NCBI GenBank assembly: GCA_043228905.1
Contig: JBHGNT010000021.1
Coordinates: 868,001 to 932,000 of the forward strand
Origin: Azolla caroliniana
Lineage: Eukaryota; Plantae; Polypodiophyta
DNA: 64,000 bases
Reading direction: 5' to 3'
Shown here: positions 51,441 to 64,000 of the stretch, in pieces
Numbering within the stretch: position 1 is the stretch's first letter
How the letters are laid out: every line of letters starts with the position of its first letter
The notes under the pieces: model-generated
Databases searched by the model: none
Seen by the model: the letters and a program-made list of their open reading frames with translations, nothing else
What the model was told of the DNA's origin: nothing
Program-made: the position numbers and the translations under genes

Positions 51441-54404
51441 TTGCATATTTTTACTGAGTTATTAAACAACATTAATTAATTTAAACATGCAGAAGGCTAG
51501 ATTTCTTAGTCTGCACTCCCACCCCAAGCCCAAGCCCATCAAGTTAACTAGAGGAGTGGGCACTATTGTAGTTTTGGAGCATATGCCAAGCTATCCTCCA
51601 TGGTGGGTTACGATAAGTCAACATAGGAAGATGATATATAAGATGTGGCCATTCATGAAATTAGGTATTTGATTACTAGAAAAAAAAGATGAAAATGATG
51701 TCGGGGGTGTCTAAATATAGGCTACAGTAGAAACTGATTCTTCTTAGTAGTGTGTCCACACTAGATCTCCACTTCAAATCCAGGGATATTTACATGTGAG
51801 ACATCATTGCAAGGCTACCTCCCAATGTATCATGCTATATTAATCATGATAGTCACTAGTAATTATAAGCGCCTTTGTAGAGATGTCTCGTGCAAAACAT
51901 AATCATTAGGAGGGGTTCCTTCTATAAGCCCACAATCATGTCCATGCGATTGTAAGTTGGAATTATTTGTCCGATCTAGGAGGAGGAATAATCCTTCCCA
52001 CATTAAGGTTTTGATATCATTTTGCGTTCTTTAACATATCTAGATGGACGATGTGCTCGAATGCTTTGTTGGTGCAAACATGAAAGCGTCATGCACAACC
52101 ACTACGTATAGGGCATTTGTGCCACATCCTTGCAATTTCATTATCATTTACACCACTTTTGTTTCTACAATCATATCCCATTGATGCATCCGAGTGTATG
52201 ATTGCAAGCCATATGGGTTACAATATCTTCCCCCATCCATCACATTTCACTCTCAAAGATTGAAATGGATTGGTCCATCATCATACCTTGTTGAGATCCC
52301 TATAGTTGCATTTCCATGTATGTGTATGAGGATCATAACTTAGGTTCCATGATGGGTAAACACATAGTGCAATTACATAAACTTTTTCATCAAGTGGATT
52401 TTGGGAATGAAGAAACACTAAAAGATACTTCATAGATTTCAAGAACCTCTATGACATTCTCACCGCCCATCCTCATTCTCTCCACATCCTTTTTGAAAAT
52501 TTCTCGCATTCAAAATGTGCAAATCGATTGCTATATTCATTGGTAAAAATGTTGAACATTGAAAGCCACTACTAAACTCCTTGTTGAATTAAGCGTACAA
52601 GCACATATTTGAAATTAAAACCCTAGGAAGTTTTTCTTGGATTTGATCTATAGGCCTATTATATCAAGTACTTTGATCACACGGCTAAGGTATATATGTT
52701 GCAAGCAATACTGACCTCACATCAAAGAGGTGAATATCATCAAGAGAGAGATTACATAGTGCTATTGTATTAGAAAATTAATATAGCACATTGTATTTAT
52801 TTGACATTAAGATCGTCTCTTGTATTCTCTTTCTCTATTTATGTTATAACCTTTCTATTCAAATGTAACTAACATTCCTCGCATACTTCGTGAAAAATGT
52901 CATATTTGACATTTGAGAATGATATAAAAAATGTCTATGTAATCTCATTAGTGTCTCCCACACCAACTTACTGATGCCACCATATGTTAACCATGATATC
53001 GCTTGGCCGCAAATATTTAAGTCCACTTTGGACCACGGTTCAAAACATCAACACCCACTCCATTGCCAAATCTAGGCCATCATTCTTGACATAGGAGGCA
53101 TTGTTTTAGAAGCATGTCCACCTTGGATTAACCTAATAAGAATAACTTGAGAAACCCCAATTTAGTTTCTTTTCTTTGATCGCATATTTTTTTAATCATA
53201 TTCTTCAAATCTTGTAACCCTAGTAAACTTTTTTAAAATAATACATAGTGTAAGATTAAAAATTTGAGCCCCGATTTGTAACCATATGAGTAGCTACGAT
53301 TCGAGCAGCTTATCCACTTTATTATTGTTCTTGTATAAATTAGAGAAAGAAACTTTTAGTTGTAATCTCTTGTTGCGTCTCATAGGCCCTTTTATGCCAA
53401 AGACTATACCTTTATTATTGAATAATATATGTTTCTTTTAGTTGTAATCTCTTGTTGGGTCTCATGAGCCACTTTGGTTCCTAAGGGGGCTTGAATGCAT
53501 CTTTGTTATTCAATAATATAATTTCAATCATGACAACGCATCGAAAACTGCTCTCCTTAAATTCAAAATGCAATGGAAGAGTTCACATAGTAAAAAGATT
53601 TGCATGCTAGGATCACATCTAAGGTGCTTAAGAGTATGTACTTCCAAAGCATCTAACCAAGGTTTACATAACATTGATTTTTTTCTCCACAATAATGCCC
53701 CCCCTATGACATCTCTGAAATATGCATGTGAATGGCATCCCATCAATTCATTGTCCATGAGAGAAACTATGCATCCTCAATCTAAACAAAACATAATGCT
53801 AGTTTTTTACATTTTGAAACATTTTTCACTTCTATGGCTGGAAATCATTGACAAAATTTTCGGTAATGTTTAATCATATAAAGTAGTTGAAAATCGTCTA
53901 TAACTCCGTCAAGTCGATGTTACCCATGATCACTACGATGATGACCATTGTGCCATTCATCCATTTTATTCATCCACAAAATGTTGTTGGGACCATATAA
54001 TATACAAAAATGCAAAAGACAGAGATGGGTCGTCCTCTTAATAAGATGATGGGTTCCCAAATCTCATTAAGACTATTGCAATCATGTTGATAAGGGTGTT
54101 GTCATACTACATTCATGTGTATTTGTATGAAGATCAGGATCTTACTACTAAGTGCATAATGAGCATCTATAAATAAGGAAACAATGTAGTGTTTTTCAAG
54201 GCTTAATGTAATTACACGTTTCTATTAAATGGCTTATCAGATCAGAAATAAGTTGCATTATGTTAGAGCTGAGACCCACGAGAATATGATCGGATACATG
54301 CATATCTATGTCTTAAAAATGAACTACAAGGAACACATCTTGTTGGATAAAGCTATGTTATCTTGCTCAAGAAAACAAACACCAAAGTACCCATAACTTT
54401 CTGG

Positions 54405-54464
54405 AGTGTATGTATGAATGTATGCGCGTATGTACGTATGCATGTGTGTGTGTGTGTATGTATG

Positions 54465-54498
<34 letters not shown>

Positions 54499-54585
54499 TG
54501 TATGTATAATGTATCAGTATGTATGGATGGATGGATGAATGTAATATGTATGTATGCATGTATGCATGTATGTGTGTATGGATGT
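54405..54585. repeat. Compound (TATG)n/(TG)n microsatellite
   Basis: Visible tandem tatg, tgtg and gatg tracts. Confidence 0.9.
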
Positions 54586-56919
54586 ATTACGTATTACCAA
54601 TATTTGGCTTTGGGAACTTCTAAAATGAATGGTCAAGTTTCATTTTCGTGCATGATATAATATGAAATTATGTGGGAATACCATAAAAAGTGACACATTC
54701 TTATCAAAGTGTGTGCTCCTTATAAATGTTTCCACTCCTACCAATTCAATAATTTGACCAGCATTTTAGTGAAATGGTGGAGCACCCTTTTCAAGAACAA
54801 TTCATCGATCCATTTGAATTAATAACTCACACTCATGCGAATAAGATGGAATTAGCTATTACTATATGCTTGGCATTATAAACATGTTCCGTGATATTCC
54901 AAATCTCACACTTACCTATAAGATGGAATTAGATACAATTATATTATTGGGAAAAAACTTTGAACACCTTAATATCCTTGTGTTTTCCTTTATTTCCCAG
55001 CTTAAGGTGTTTGGTCTTTAACTACACCTTGAGAAAAATATATTGTGCCACTTGCACATGTTTATCTTTCAAACGCCAACACATTTATGTGAAAGTCAAA
55101 CCCAAGAGAGGCAAAAATCTACTATATTGTAATGCCAAGACCTTAGTAAGTTTCCGTAAAGGTAATAAGAAAGGGTGAAAGCAATGGAAGTTACATGCTT
55201 GCTCATGAGTCATGTTGTTTTACTTAATTCTATCATCTAAGTTTAATGATTTTAAATACTCTCTCTATCTTGAATTAATGCAAAGCCTTATTTATTGGAT
55301 ACTTCTGTATATAATATATTATATCACAAATTACAATAATAATGTATGACTCGTGAGTATGACTAACCGATGTATGGGGTTTGCTTCTTATAGTCAATGG
55401 TTTCTCTATCACTATCCTTGAAAACTTTTACCTTTCAGTTCATTAATAACACGATCCTTTATGTGTCCACAAGTTAATAAATTCATTCATGAATGTTCAT
55501 TGTTGCTTTCTGTTTTGTGGCCCAACCCTTTTGAGCTCATATGAGGTCTCGTCGAGTGTTTATAAAGGCCGTCTATTTTGGTAAAAGAGAACTCGTCCAC
55601 GTTGGAAAGAAAATGTACAATTTCACATTTTTATGTTTCATCGGGCAAATCATTGAGTTTTTCTTTTGGTGGCTAGTGGAGGCTTTTGCCTTGAATTGTT
55701 AGCCTCAGGGTATTGTTGTATTGTCATGTCCAATACACCCTTAGTTGTGTACAAACCCACGAGGAGCATGGATGTTTCATGGGAATGTGTGAAGCCAGTG
55801 AGGTTGAAATTCGAAAGCCCAAAAAAGAATTGATGGTGTTCCTTTCTATGTTAATACAATTGAACTTCACTTTCACATGAACATCTCCCCAAATGAAAGT
55901 AGCGGATGATGTTCCCGACAAAAAACTCCTCAACGTACATTCATTTTAATTTGGAAAAGAGAAGAAGAAGTAACATATGTCTAAATTTTGATTACAAAAG
56001 AACCATTGAGTATTGAATTTCATTTCCCTAGTAATTAATCGTGTTGCATTATCAACTATTGTAATCATTAATTTTTGGATTTTGACTTATTAATAACCGA
56101 TCTTTGATTAATTCATGGAATTTTGGGATTTAGCTCCGCAATGTTTTGATATGGATATACTAGCAATGCATTATCCTTTGAAACAAATGCATTTAAGGAA
56201 ATGTGATGAATGTAGGAGCAAATCAGAATAATGCAATGGTATTTTAGAGTTTCTTCGTTTTGTTTTGTTGTTAGTTAACATGACTTTTATCAGTTTCTTA
56301 AGGTTTTGGTTTAGGATACTTCTATGATAAAAGTATACCTAAAGTATGACGCATTCTTCATTCATATCACCTTGTGGTACATGAATTCTTAGTGTCCCCA
56401 TACATTATAAATTTATATGTTTTTACAACTAATACAACCTTGGGGGATTGATGGAATGTCTATGTTTTACAACATCTTGTCACATGCATTGCCACACAAC
56501 CCATGGGATGTGTGTTTTCTATGGGATCCCATCACATGCTTCCTTCAAACACCCAAGGAACATTTGGTTCTACATTGTCTTTTTTGCGTAAATGTTGTGA
56601 CTTGTGATGAGTCTTGACTTTTTCTTTTTCTTCCTATTTACATGCATTCTCAAACATTGGAAGAGAGAAACAATGAATATATCTATCATATTATAATTAC
56701 TCAAACATTTATGTAATCGAGAATAAATGAATGAATTGACCACAATTGTTCCAGGTTGACATAGTTCGTTTGGAAAGATGAAGCAAAACTCGGAGGTCCT
56801 CCTTGATTTCATTATCACATTGTTCACTCTTTCCTTTTGTTGTTTGTTGCACATGCATCTTCATTGTCTATTGCATATACAACTTGATTCATATTTGGCC
56901 ATTCTCTTTATTCCTTTCC

Positions 56920-57437
56920 AAATAATGAATCTTGTTTCGATGGTGGCTTGTTTATCGGTCTGGCACATTTGGACCAACCGCTGTAAGTTTGTTTTTCAAC
57001 AACAAAAGATCCCTAGTGGTGAGGTATTAATAAATATCTGGTTTGAGTTGGTCTCTTGGTTGTGGGGACGATACGACTCGATTAAGGGGGAATCTGATGC
57101 AGCTGAAAGATCTCGATCAAAGTTCTTGCTGAAATGGGGTAATTCTCCTATGGTCGGCAGATCATCATCAGGGCCTCAATGGCACTACCAAGCACCCCGA
57201 TGGCAGTTTCCCCCAATAGTTTCCAACAACGTCTAGGTGCTGTAAATTTGTATAGTTATGGTACAAATAACTAGGTTATTTGAGTTGTTTGGATACGTTT
57301 GTTGAAAATGAGGTGGGGACTATGTCCGCTTTGGTGGGAAGGCCAGAGTGAGGGCTGTTGAGAGGAATTTTGAGAGTTCTATGATGTAATTTTGTTTGCT
57401 AACTAATGCGAAGCAGTATTTTTTTGGAAAAAAAAAA
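56920..57437 (+). mobile_element. 5'-truncated LINE (L1-like) 3' end
   Basis: Reads VWHIWTNRCKFVF...IWFELVSWLWGRY, the W-x-IW-x-x-R-x-x-x-x-F motif of plant L1 ORF2 C-termini. A 3' UTR and poly(A) follow at about 57428-57437. No TSD was found. Confidence 0.7.
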
Positions 57438-59656
57438 TACTACCATGTGCACATACATAGAAGCCTTTTTCTTTTTGACTCACCCACGAATATGCCAAAT
57501 TCAAAATGTGGTACATCGTACATTGTCATTATTGTGATTGCAATATCTTTCATCCATTTTAGATCGAGATTCTCCTATTTTACACCTTCACTCATAGATA
57601 TCTATGTTGAATCTAGACACATGCAATAGACGAACCTATGTAGTCATTTTATATATACCCAAGCAAACAATTCCATTTAACTCTACATATCTATGTCTTG
57701 CCAACTTGGTCGTATAAATACAAACTTCATCATGCTCGATCAATACCCACATTTTGAATCATTATACCATTAAGACTTGTGCATTGTACTATGAGTCCTA
57801 TCCCATAGACATTGGATTGATGCCTACTTGGCATACAACTAATTCTCCTAGACTTGTAGACATGTCTCTTGCTACACTTGTAGATTTGCATGCACCTTTT
57901 TAGTTTTAACCGTGGTTATGTTATCATGTTTTGTTTTGAGTGCAAAACCACCAATGCCCTTTTTATATCATATGATCATTTGAGCTAGTACTTACAAAGC
58001 ATACAATTTGGGAACCATATTTGATGTACATGTAAAATGAACCATTTTCCAACTGCTAATGTTGCATATACAACAATAGCATTAAGTTGGTTTTCTCATT
58101 TGGCGTCTTAATTCTCGTGAATAATGTTTCGGAAAAGACAAAGTTTAATAACTTTAGGACTTTGATAGAGTTTAAGATGCACAATTGATAATTTGGAAAT
58201 TTCGTAGGCCAATGTGGCATTTAATTGATGAATGTTTTATGTATCTATCTTTAAGAAGCATATTAGACAAAGAAGGCTTAGCAATATGAAATAAACCCAT
58301 ATTATGTGTACATATGTATGTAGGCGTATATTTATAATCGTGAACATTCTTCGGTGTGGTTGTGATTATTTGAGGACATTTCATAATTAGTATTTATACT
58401 ATATTATTCCCCTTTTCGAATTTTCCTTTGAAGAAGGTGAAATTGTCTTGAATATCTTGAACTTTATCTTTTGACTTCTTTATTCAAATGTATGCACTTT
58501 CTTTGTCTTCTTATGCTTCATGTGTATGTAATTTGTGATCCTAGAACTTTTGAGTGCATAGGCATTTTTATAAACCTTTATTTTGTGTACTCCAAGAATT
58601 CTTTTTACTCAATGTGTACACATCTTTTCATACAATGAAATCTTGTTTTCTCCCATTTCAACTGGGTACATTTGCTATTGGTGATAATAAGTCATAAAAT
58701 AATGGTATTTATGTAGCTACAAATCTTGGTAAATGGACGGGAAGGGGAGTCTTTGTATTTTGAAAATATGGCGTGCATTTGATAAAAGGATACTTGGTGG
58801 GTTAATAGACATTATTTGTTGATTAACCAATTCATATTTGGATGCTATGTTATGGAAGATTATATCAAGCACACAATGAAATGGTTTGGACTCGTTTCAT
58901 TGATCATATACCAATACAAGGACGTATGCGAGCATAATATAAATCTTCTATTGTGATGCCATGTGTTGTATTGAATTACTTTAGTTGATGTATATTTGTA
59001 GTTGGGTTCATGCCTCTCACATGAATAGTCAAGACATTTCATGATTATTTGTTATATGTATTATTATTCATGTTACCTATGGCTATTGTCTTATTAACTT
59101 TTCATCACATGGATCCAAGTTCAAAGGTGGTGTATATACGAACTAGTACGAACTTACACAACATCATCATTATCACTTGAAATGACTCAATAAATGTAGA
59201 AATTGTTTACTTCGTCTTTTACCCTTTAATATATTCGATCATTCTAAGCCTTTGTTGTATGTACAAGAATTTGGTGATAATCCGGCAAGATGGTTGATGG
59301 GGAAAGAGGAAGTATAGTTGTTGACTTTACAACCACAAATGTGGAAAGTGGTTCTTTTGAAAAACCAAAGAATGTAGTTGATTGCCTTCAAAGCCGAGAT
59401 GTATAGGTTGAAGAAGTATTGAATGGCTCATAACTATGACCTCAGAGGGTTTGTTTCCAATTAGAGATACTTGCAATAGATTTCCTTGCAATGTGTCTAG
59501 GGAATAGATTGTAATTGTTAGACTGCTTTCTCTATGTTGGAGTATATAGATTTGTTTCCTCAACCGTTGTCTACACAAGACGAGCTTGGGAAAAAATACT
59601 TTGTACGATGTAACCATTATGACCTTTCTTTATAACTAATGGAAGGATAATTTGTT

Positions 59657-59661
<5 letters not shown>

Positions 59662-59696
<35 letters not shown>
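59662..59696. repeat. (AT)n microsatellite
   Basis: Direct run of alternating AT. Confidence 0.95.
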
Positions 59697-59698
<2 letters not shown>

Positions 59699-60446
59699 CA
59701 TCGTTCTAAGACCATTAAGCCACTACAATGGCATTCTTGACTTTAGGAAGATGAGTAATGACCATGAAGTTTGATGAAAGATATCTACGCATTACCTACC
59801 CATCTACATCAATATGGGAAAACAAATCATTGAGTCATAATACGATGCTACAAAAAGCATGATGGCCATGATACTTTTCTTTCCGGTACTCCTTCTGTGC
59901 ATGGTAGCAAACCCCCTTCCAAGACTCGCTTTCACTAATATATTCTATAATATAATATCTAAAAGGGTAAACAAAGCATCAAGGAGAAATAGTGAAGCAA
60001 GAGGGAATGCATGTGCTCATATGAGCAAGATAATTTACTCCTCATATTGCTAGTTCTACTACATCCCTTTGTACATGTTTTTATCCAAGGTATGCACCAT
60101 AGATTGGAAATGCAGATTATAAATTTAAGTAGATGTATTCTACAACTAATATGCACACATGCTTGGTTTGGGAATGCATATCAACATACATCTCAATGTG
60201 GATGTTTCAACTCACAAGATGGAGAAAAATGCAAGAACTTCAAAGCATCTGAAGTATAGTTACATTATGAAGCATAGAAGTAAACCACTAGATGCATAAA
60301 ATACATGAAGCAATAAAATGAAAGTGTGCTGAATTTGGGCGCATTCAAACATGACATGATAGTGAGGCCTTTTTCCCAATCCATAAGCATTTAATAAAAT
60401 ATTTGTAGGTAAAAAGTGCCGAGTAAAGGAAATGCATTGATAGATC

Positions 60447-60610
60447 TTTTAATAGAATATATAATTGAAACGAACTTGGATTATTCTACCTTGTTGTTTT
60501 ACACCAATTATCTACACCATTTTTCACATATTTTAATAGAATATATAATTGAAATGAACTTGGATTATTCTGCCTTGTTGTTTTACACCAATTATCTACA
60601 CAGTTTTTCA
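60447..60610. repeat. Tandem duplication, about 84 bp x2
   Basis: ttttaatagaatatataattgaaa.gaacttggattattct.ccttgttgttttacaccaattatctacac occurs twice. Confidence 0.9.
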
Positions 60611-62214
60611 CGGGGAAAGACAATTATTATGGTTGCGGGCTTTTGTATCATGGGAAAGGGAAGTGATTAATTTGAAAGTAACCGATTGTAAGTATTGTGA
60701 TCAACACACAAGCCAACAAGATGTGGAAAAGAATGATGGTTAACTTATTATATGAATTCTTGTATGATGGGTGAGCATGTGCATAATATTTTGGATCCCA
60801 TGAATCAGCACACTATAAGTTGAATAAACAATACATCTTTATGCCACATGTGTATGTATAAAACAATGTAAACTAAGAGCTTATCTTTGAATATGTGAGC
60901 GTGAAAAAAATGCATTGGTATTTGGATAAGCAAAAGTGGAATACTATAGTTTGGATTCATTGTAGTGTAGTGGTAAGTATTCTCGCTTGGTATTGTAGTA
61001 TTCATTTTGTTGACAACGGCGCCAATGGGTTGAGTTTTAAATGAATAAACTGAGAAAGCAGAGGAGGACAAGAAAAGGACACCCTAGATTTATCAGATGG
61101 TAGAAGGTAGTGGGAACTATAACATGCAAAGAAGTTTTAAATTCGAACGGGGAAGTTTAGGAATTGACATCAGTGAACTCAGTTTGTTCTTTGAGAGTGG
61201 CACTAATGAATCGAGTTTTAAATGAGTAAACTACGAAAGCGAAGGAAGAAAATAATTGGAAGCTCCACATTTAATTGATGAGAGAATCTAGTGGGAACTA
61301 TAGTTTGTAAATGGTTTTTAGTTCAAGGGGGGAATTATAGGAAATGATGTCGATGCATTGACCACTACAGATTTTGGTGGGAGACAAATCACAATGACAT
61401 GTGAGAGGCCTATAACAATCAAGGTGTTAAAGTCACCAACCGTAGAATTGCCATTTTGTCTTTTGGATTTGAACCTTTTTGTTCCTTCCTCCATCCTATC
61501 CTCGCAAGTTCTTCGCTGTACAAAATTCCATTAGAGACCAAAACAATCTTTTTATTATTCAACGTCGGTTTAGGCTTCAGCCTTGAACCATAAGTCTTCA
61601 ATGTAATGATGATACACATCATTAGACTATGGAGGATTTGCATGCCTCTACAATGAACCAACAAAGACATTGGAAGTAGGAGTAAGAATGGGCTCACAAC
61701 CAAGTTTCAAGCACTTTGTGCAAGCACCAAGGTAGGCAACTTGCTAACCCTCGGTGATTGTGCATCAATCATGGGCTTTGGCTAGGGTCACTAATGCCCA
61801 TGATGCCTTTTGGCGACCAAAAAAATTGATCAAGACGATGACATAATCTATAGTGAATTAAACGAGGTGCAAAATGAGGATAGATACACAAACAAACAAG
61901 TAATGATCTAGTAAAGGCGATGGAGATGTTAACCATGAGCAGTGATTTGTGTTTATAGACGACTAGAGATTACAATCGATATTGGTCATCATATGCTGGG
62001 TTAAGAGGGTGTAGACATAGACGACCGTCGACTATAATGGGTTAACTCTTTTTATTTGTACTACCAACACGATCTTTGTAGCTTTTGAAGATGTTGCTTC
62101 AATGAGACAACCAACAACGATGTGCAAGATTGTGTACATATAGATATCATATCCTAGAGCCAATTCAATACCATGTCTAATTAGAAGCATCCAATATAAT
62201 GTAGTGATTGTCAT

Positions 62215-62741
62215 GTCTTTCACTTTTCCAACGGGTACATCTATCTCACTTCATTTCCATAATTTATTCCATGGTTTAGAACTGAAATTTTGGTTATTTG
62301 GTGTACTATTACGTCATTAGCTCTTTGGACAATATGGAAAATGAGATGTGAGGCTGTTTTTAATAATGGTCACATACATCTCAGTACTATGCTTATTGAA
62401 TTCTGTCTGTTATTTGTCCACACCATATGTGGGCAATATGATGATCTGCAAGTTTCAACTGACGGCAACGTCAAGTGGACTTTAAGAAACGGTGGCGAGG
62501 ACTTCACTTATTTTCAGATACAACTTCATGTATGAAGTGGAATTATGCCATACCTTCTTCTTTATTGCATAGCTTGTAGATTGTTCTCCATTCGTTTCTT
62601 ATATGATATCATTTGTTTGATTAGATGTTGGTAATAGCTTTTGTATTACAATAGAGGTGAGATAAAATGTCTCCTTCTGTTTTCTATATATACATTTCTC
62701 AAGTAATATACTAAGGTGTATCTTTCTTGAAAAAAATAAAA
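62215..62741 (+). mobile_element. 5'-truncated LINE insertion with A-rich tail and 17-bp TSD
   Basis: Reads ALWTIWKMRCEAVF...GQYDDL, the L1 ORF2 C-terminal motif. The A-rich tail is at 62730-62741. The TSD AATGTAGTGATTGTCAT lies at 62198-62214 and 62742-62758. Confidence 0.88.
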
Positions 62742-63339
62742 AATGTAGTGATTGTCATAAAATTAAGGTAGTGAGGTAAACCAAGAGTTAGAATTTGAAT
62801 GTCCCAAGTGTCATGGAAAGAGACAATTTAAACTCTCGCACCATGGATCCTGTGCTTGAATATGGTGTGACATAATGTTGAACACAATAAGATGATGATA
62901 TGTACATGTAATCATGTAAAGTTATGTACCCTTCAATTTTTATCTTAATTAGGACAAAGACCCATAAATAAATACAGAAAATTGAGAAATTTGATTTAAA
63001 AGTTACGGAAAATATGCTTATTTCTTGTTGAACCACTTGACATATGCTTGATCAAGCCCTTAATCACATGAAAGTTTAAGGATAAATTATAATAGAACCA
63101 AAGGGAATAAGATATATTTAGACTAAACCTTGGCTTAACATACCATGTTGAAGTGTTTTGGTTGAAAATAGCGATAAAGGAAGATAAATGGAGGACACAT
63201 TGCTAGACTACGTGGCTTCCAATAAACGATGAACATTGAATCAGAGTTGTTTCGAGTTTTCTTAATGATTAAAGCAAACTAACCCACCAAAAACCCACTT
63301 TTTTTTTGGTCGGAAGCACGAGCAACAAAACAAGCATTT

Positions 63340-63900
63340 TATATAATAAAAAGCTTATCAATCCGGGAGGAACGAAGGTGCTATAAGTAGATCAACTTCT
63401 GATTGGATTCGACCAATGAAGGGGGCCCCGCTGAGGAATGGGGCGGGAGCACGAAGGTGCGTGCATCATCAAAGAATCGGGAGCTCAAATTCGCGAGAGT
63501 TTCTCGTGTGATGATCCATAAATCTTTTCATTGTGATGATGAGGAAGGAGCCCCAGGAGAAGGAAGGAGGAAGGAATGAGTACATATATGTATGTATGTG
63601 TGTATGTATGTGTGTATGTATGTGTGTATGTATGTGTGTGTATGTATGTATGTATGTGTGTATGCATATACATATGTATGTATGTATGTATCATGTATGT
63701 ATAATGTAGATGTATATTGTATAGTTTTGGCTTGTAGGGAAGCCCAAAGGAAGAAACCCTAAACCTTAAGAACAGGGGAGAGTACAGCAGACAAACAGAC
63801 ACAGACACAGAGAGAGAGAGAGAGAGAGAGATCTGAGAGAGATTTTGAGATGGAGGAAAAGGCAGAGGAGTTCAGTGGGGTCTGAAGGGAGGAAGAAAAA
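63340..63900 (-). other. Probable 5' leader of a further transcript (minus strand); no coding region identified
   Basis: (CT)n tract, telo-box-like AAACCCTAA at about 63755, (CATA)n tract and a GC-richer block at 63360-63580, similar to other gene leaders here. Only short ORFs are present. Confidence 0.3.
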
Positions 63901-64000
63901 CACAAAAAAAAAGCAGAGAAGAAATGCTTTTACAGTGTCTGTCACTCACTCTTTTGTCTGTTCTTCCTACCATGTTTCCTTTCATCTTTAATTCTAAAGT

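Noticed and set aside
63402-63430. miR159/319-like sequence ttggatt[cgaccaat]gaagggggcccc
   Set aside because: It needs an 8-nt insertion plus mismatches, and no complementary star arm was seen. Probably chance.
63930-63965. miR156-like words (tgacag, gagtgag) near the right edge
   Set aside because: The order and spacing do not match mature miR156 or its target site, and no hairpin is visible.

Overview
This window is AT-rich eukaryotic nuclear DNA with spliceosomal introns and many microsatellites. It comes from a land plant, most likely a fern; that assignment is inferred from the style of the PLS-PPR gene and from retention of an ARMH3-like gene. Six genes look intact: CBP60, COBRA-like (COBL7 subgroup), a CH-domain kinesin-14, an ARMH3/C10orf76-like gene, an HD-domain cyanamide-hydratase-like gene and a PLS-E PPR gene. 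The window also holds the 5' end of RPT1 at the left edge, a PPR pseudogene from a local duplication, a foldback Mutator-like element with a 9-bp TSD, two 5'-truncated LINE ends and several tandem repeats. The strongest lead is an intronless, GC-rich cyanamide-hydratase/Ddi2-like HD metalloenzyme gene (45640-46383, minus strand). This family is known mainly from fungi and bacteria, yet the gene has a plant-style promoter and lies between the two PPR copies, making it a candidate domesticated horizontal acquisition. Other leads are a possible dual-frame terminal exon in CBP60, AT-AC (U12) and GC-AG introns in the kinesin, and two strong hairpins. All exon structures were read by eye and no database searches were run.
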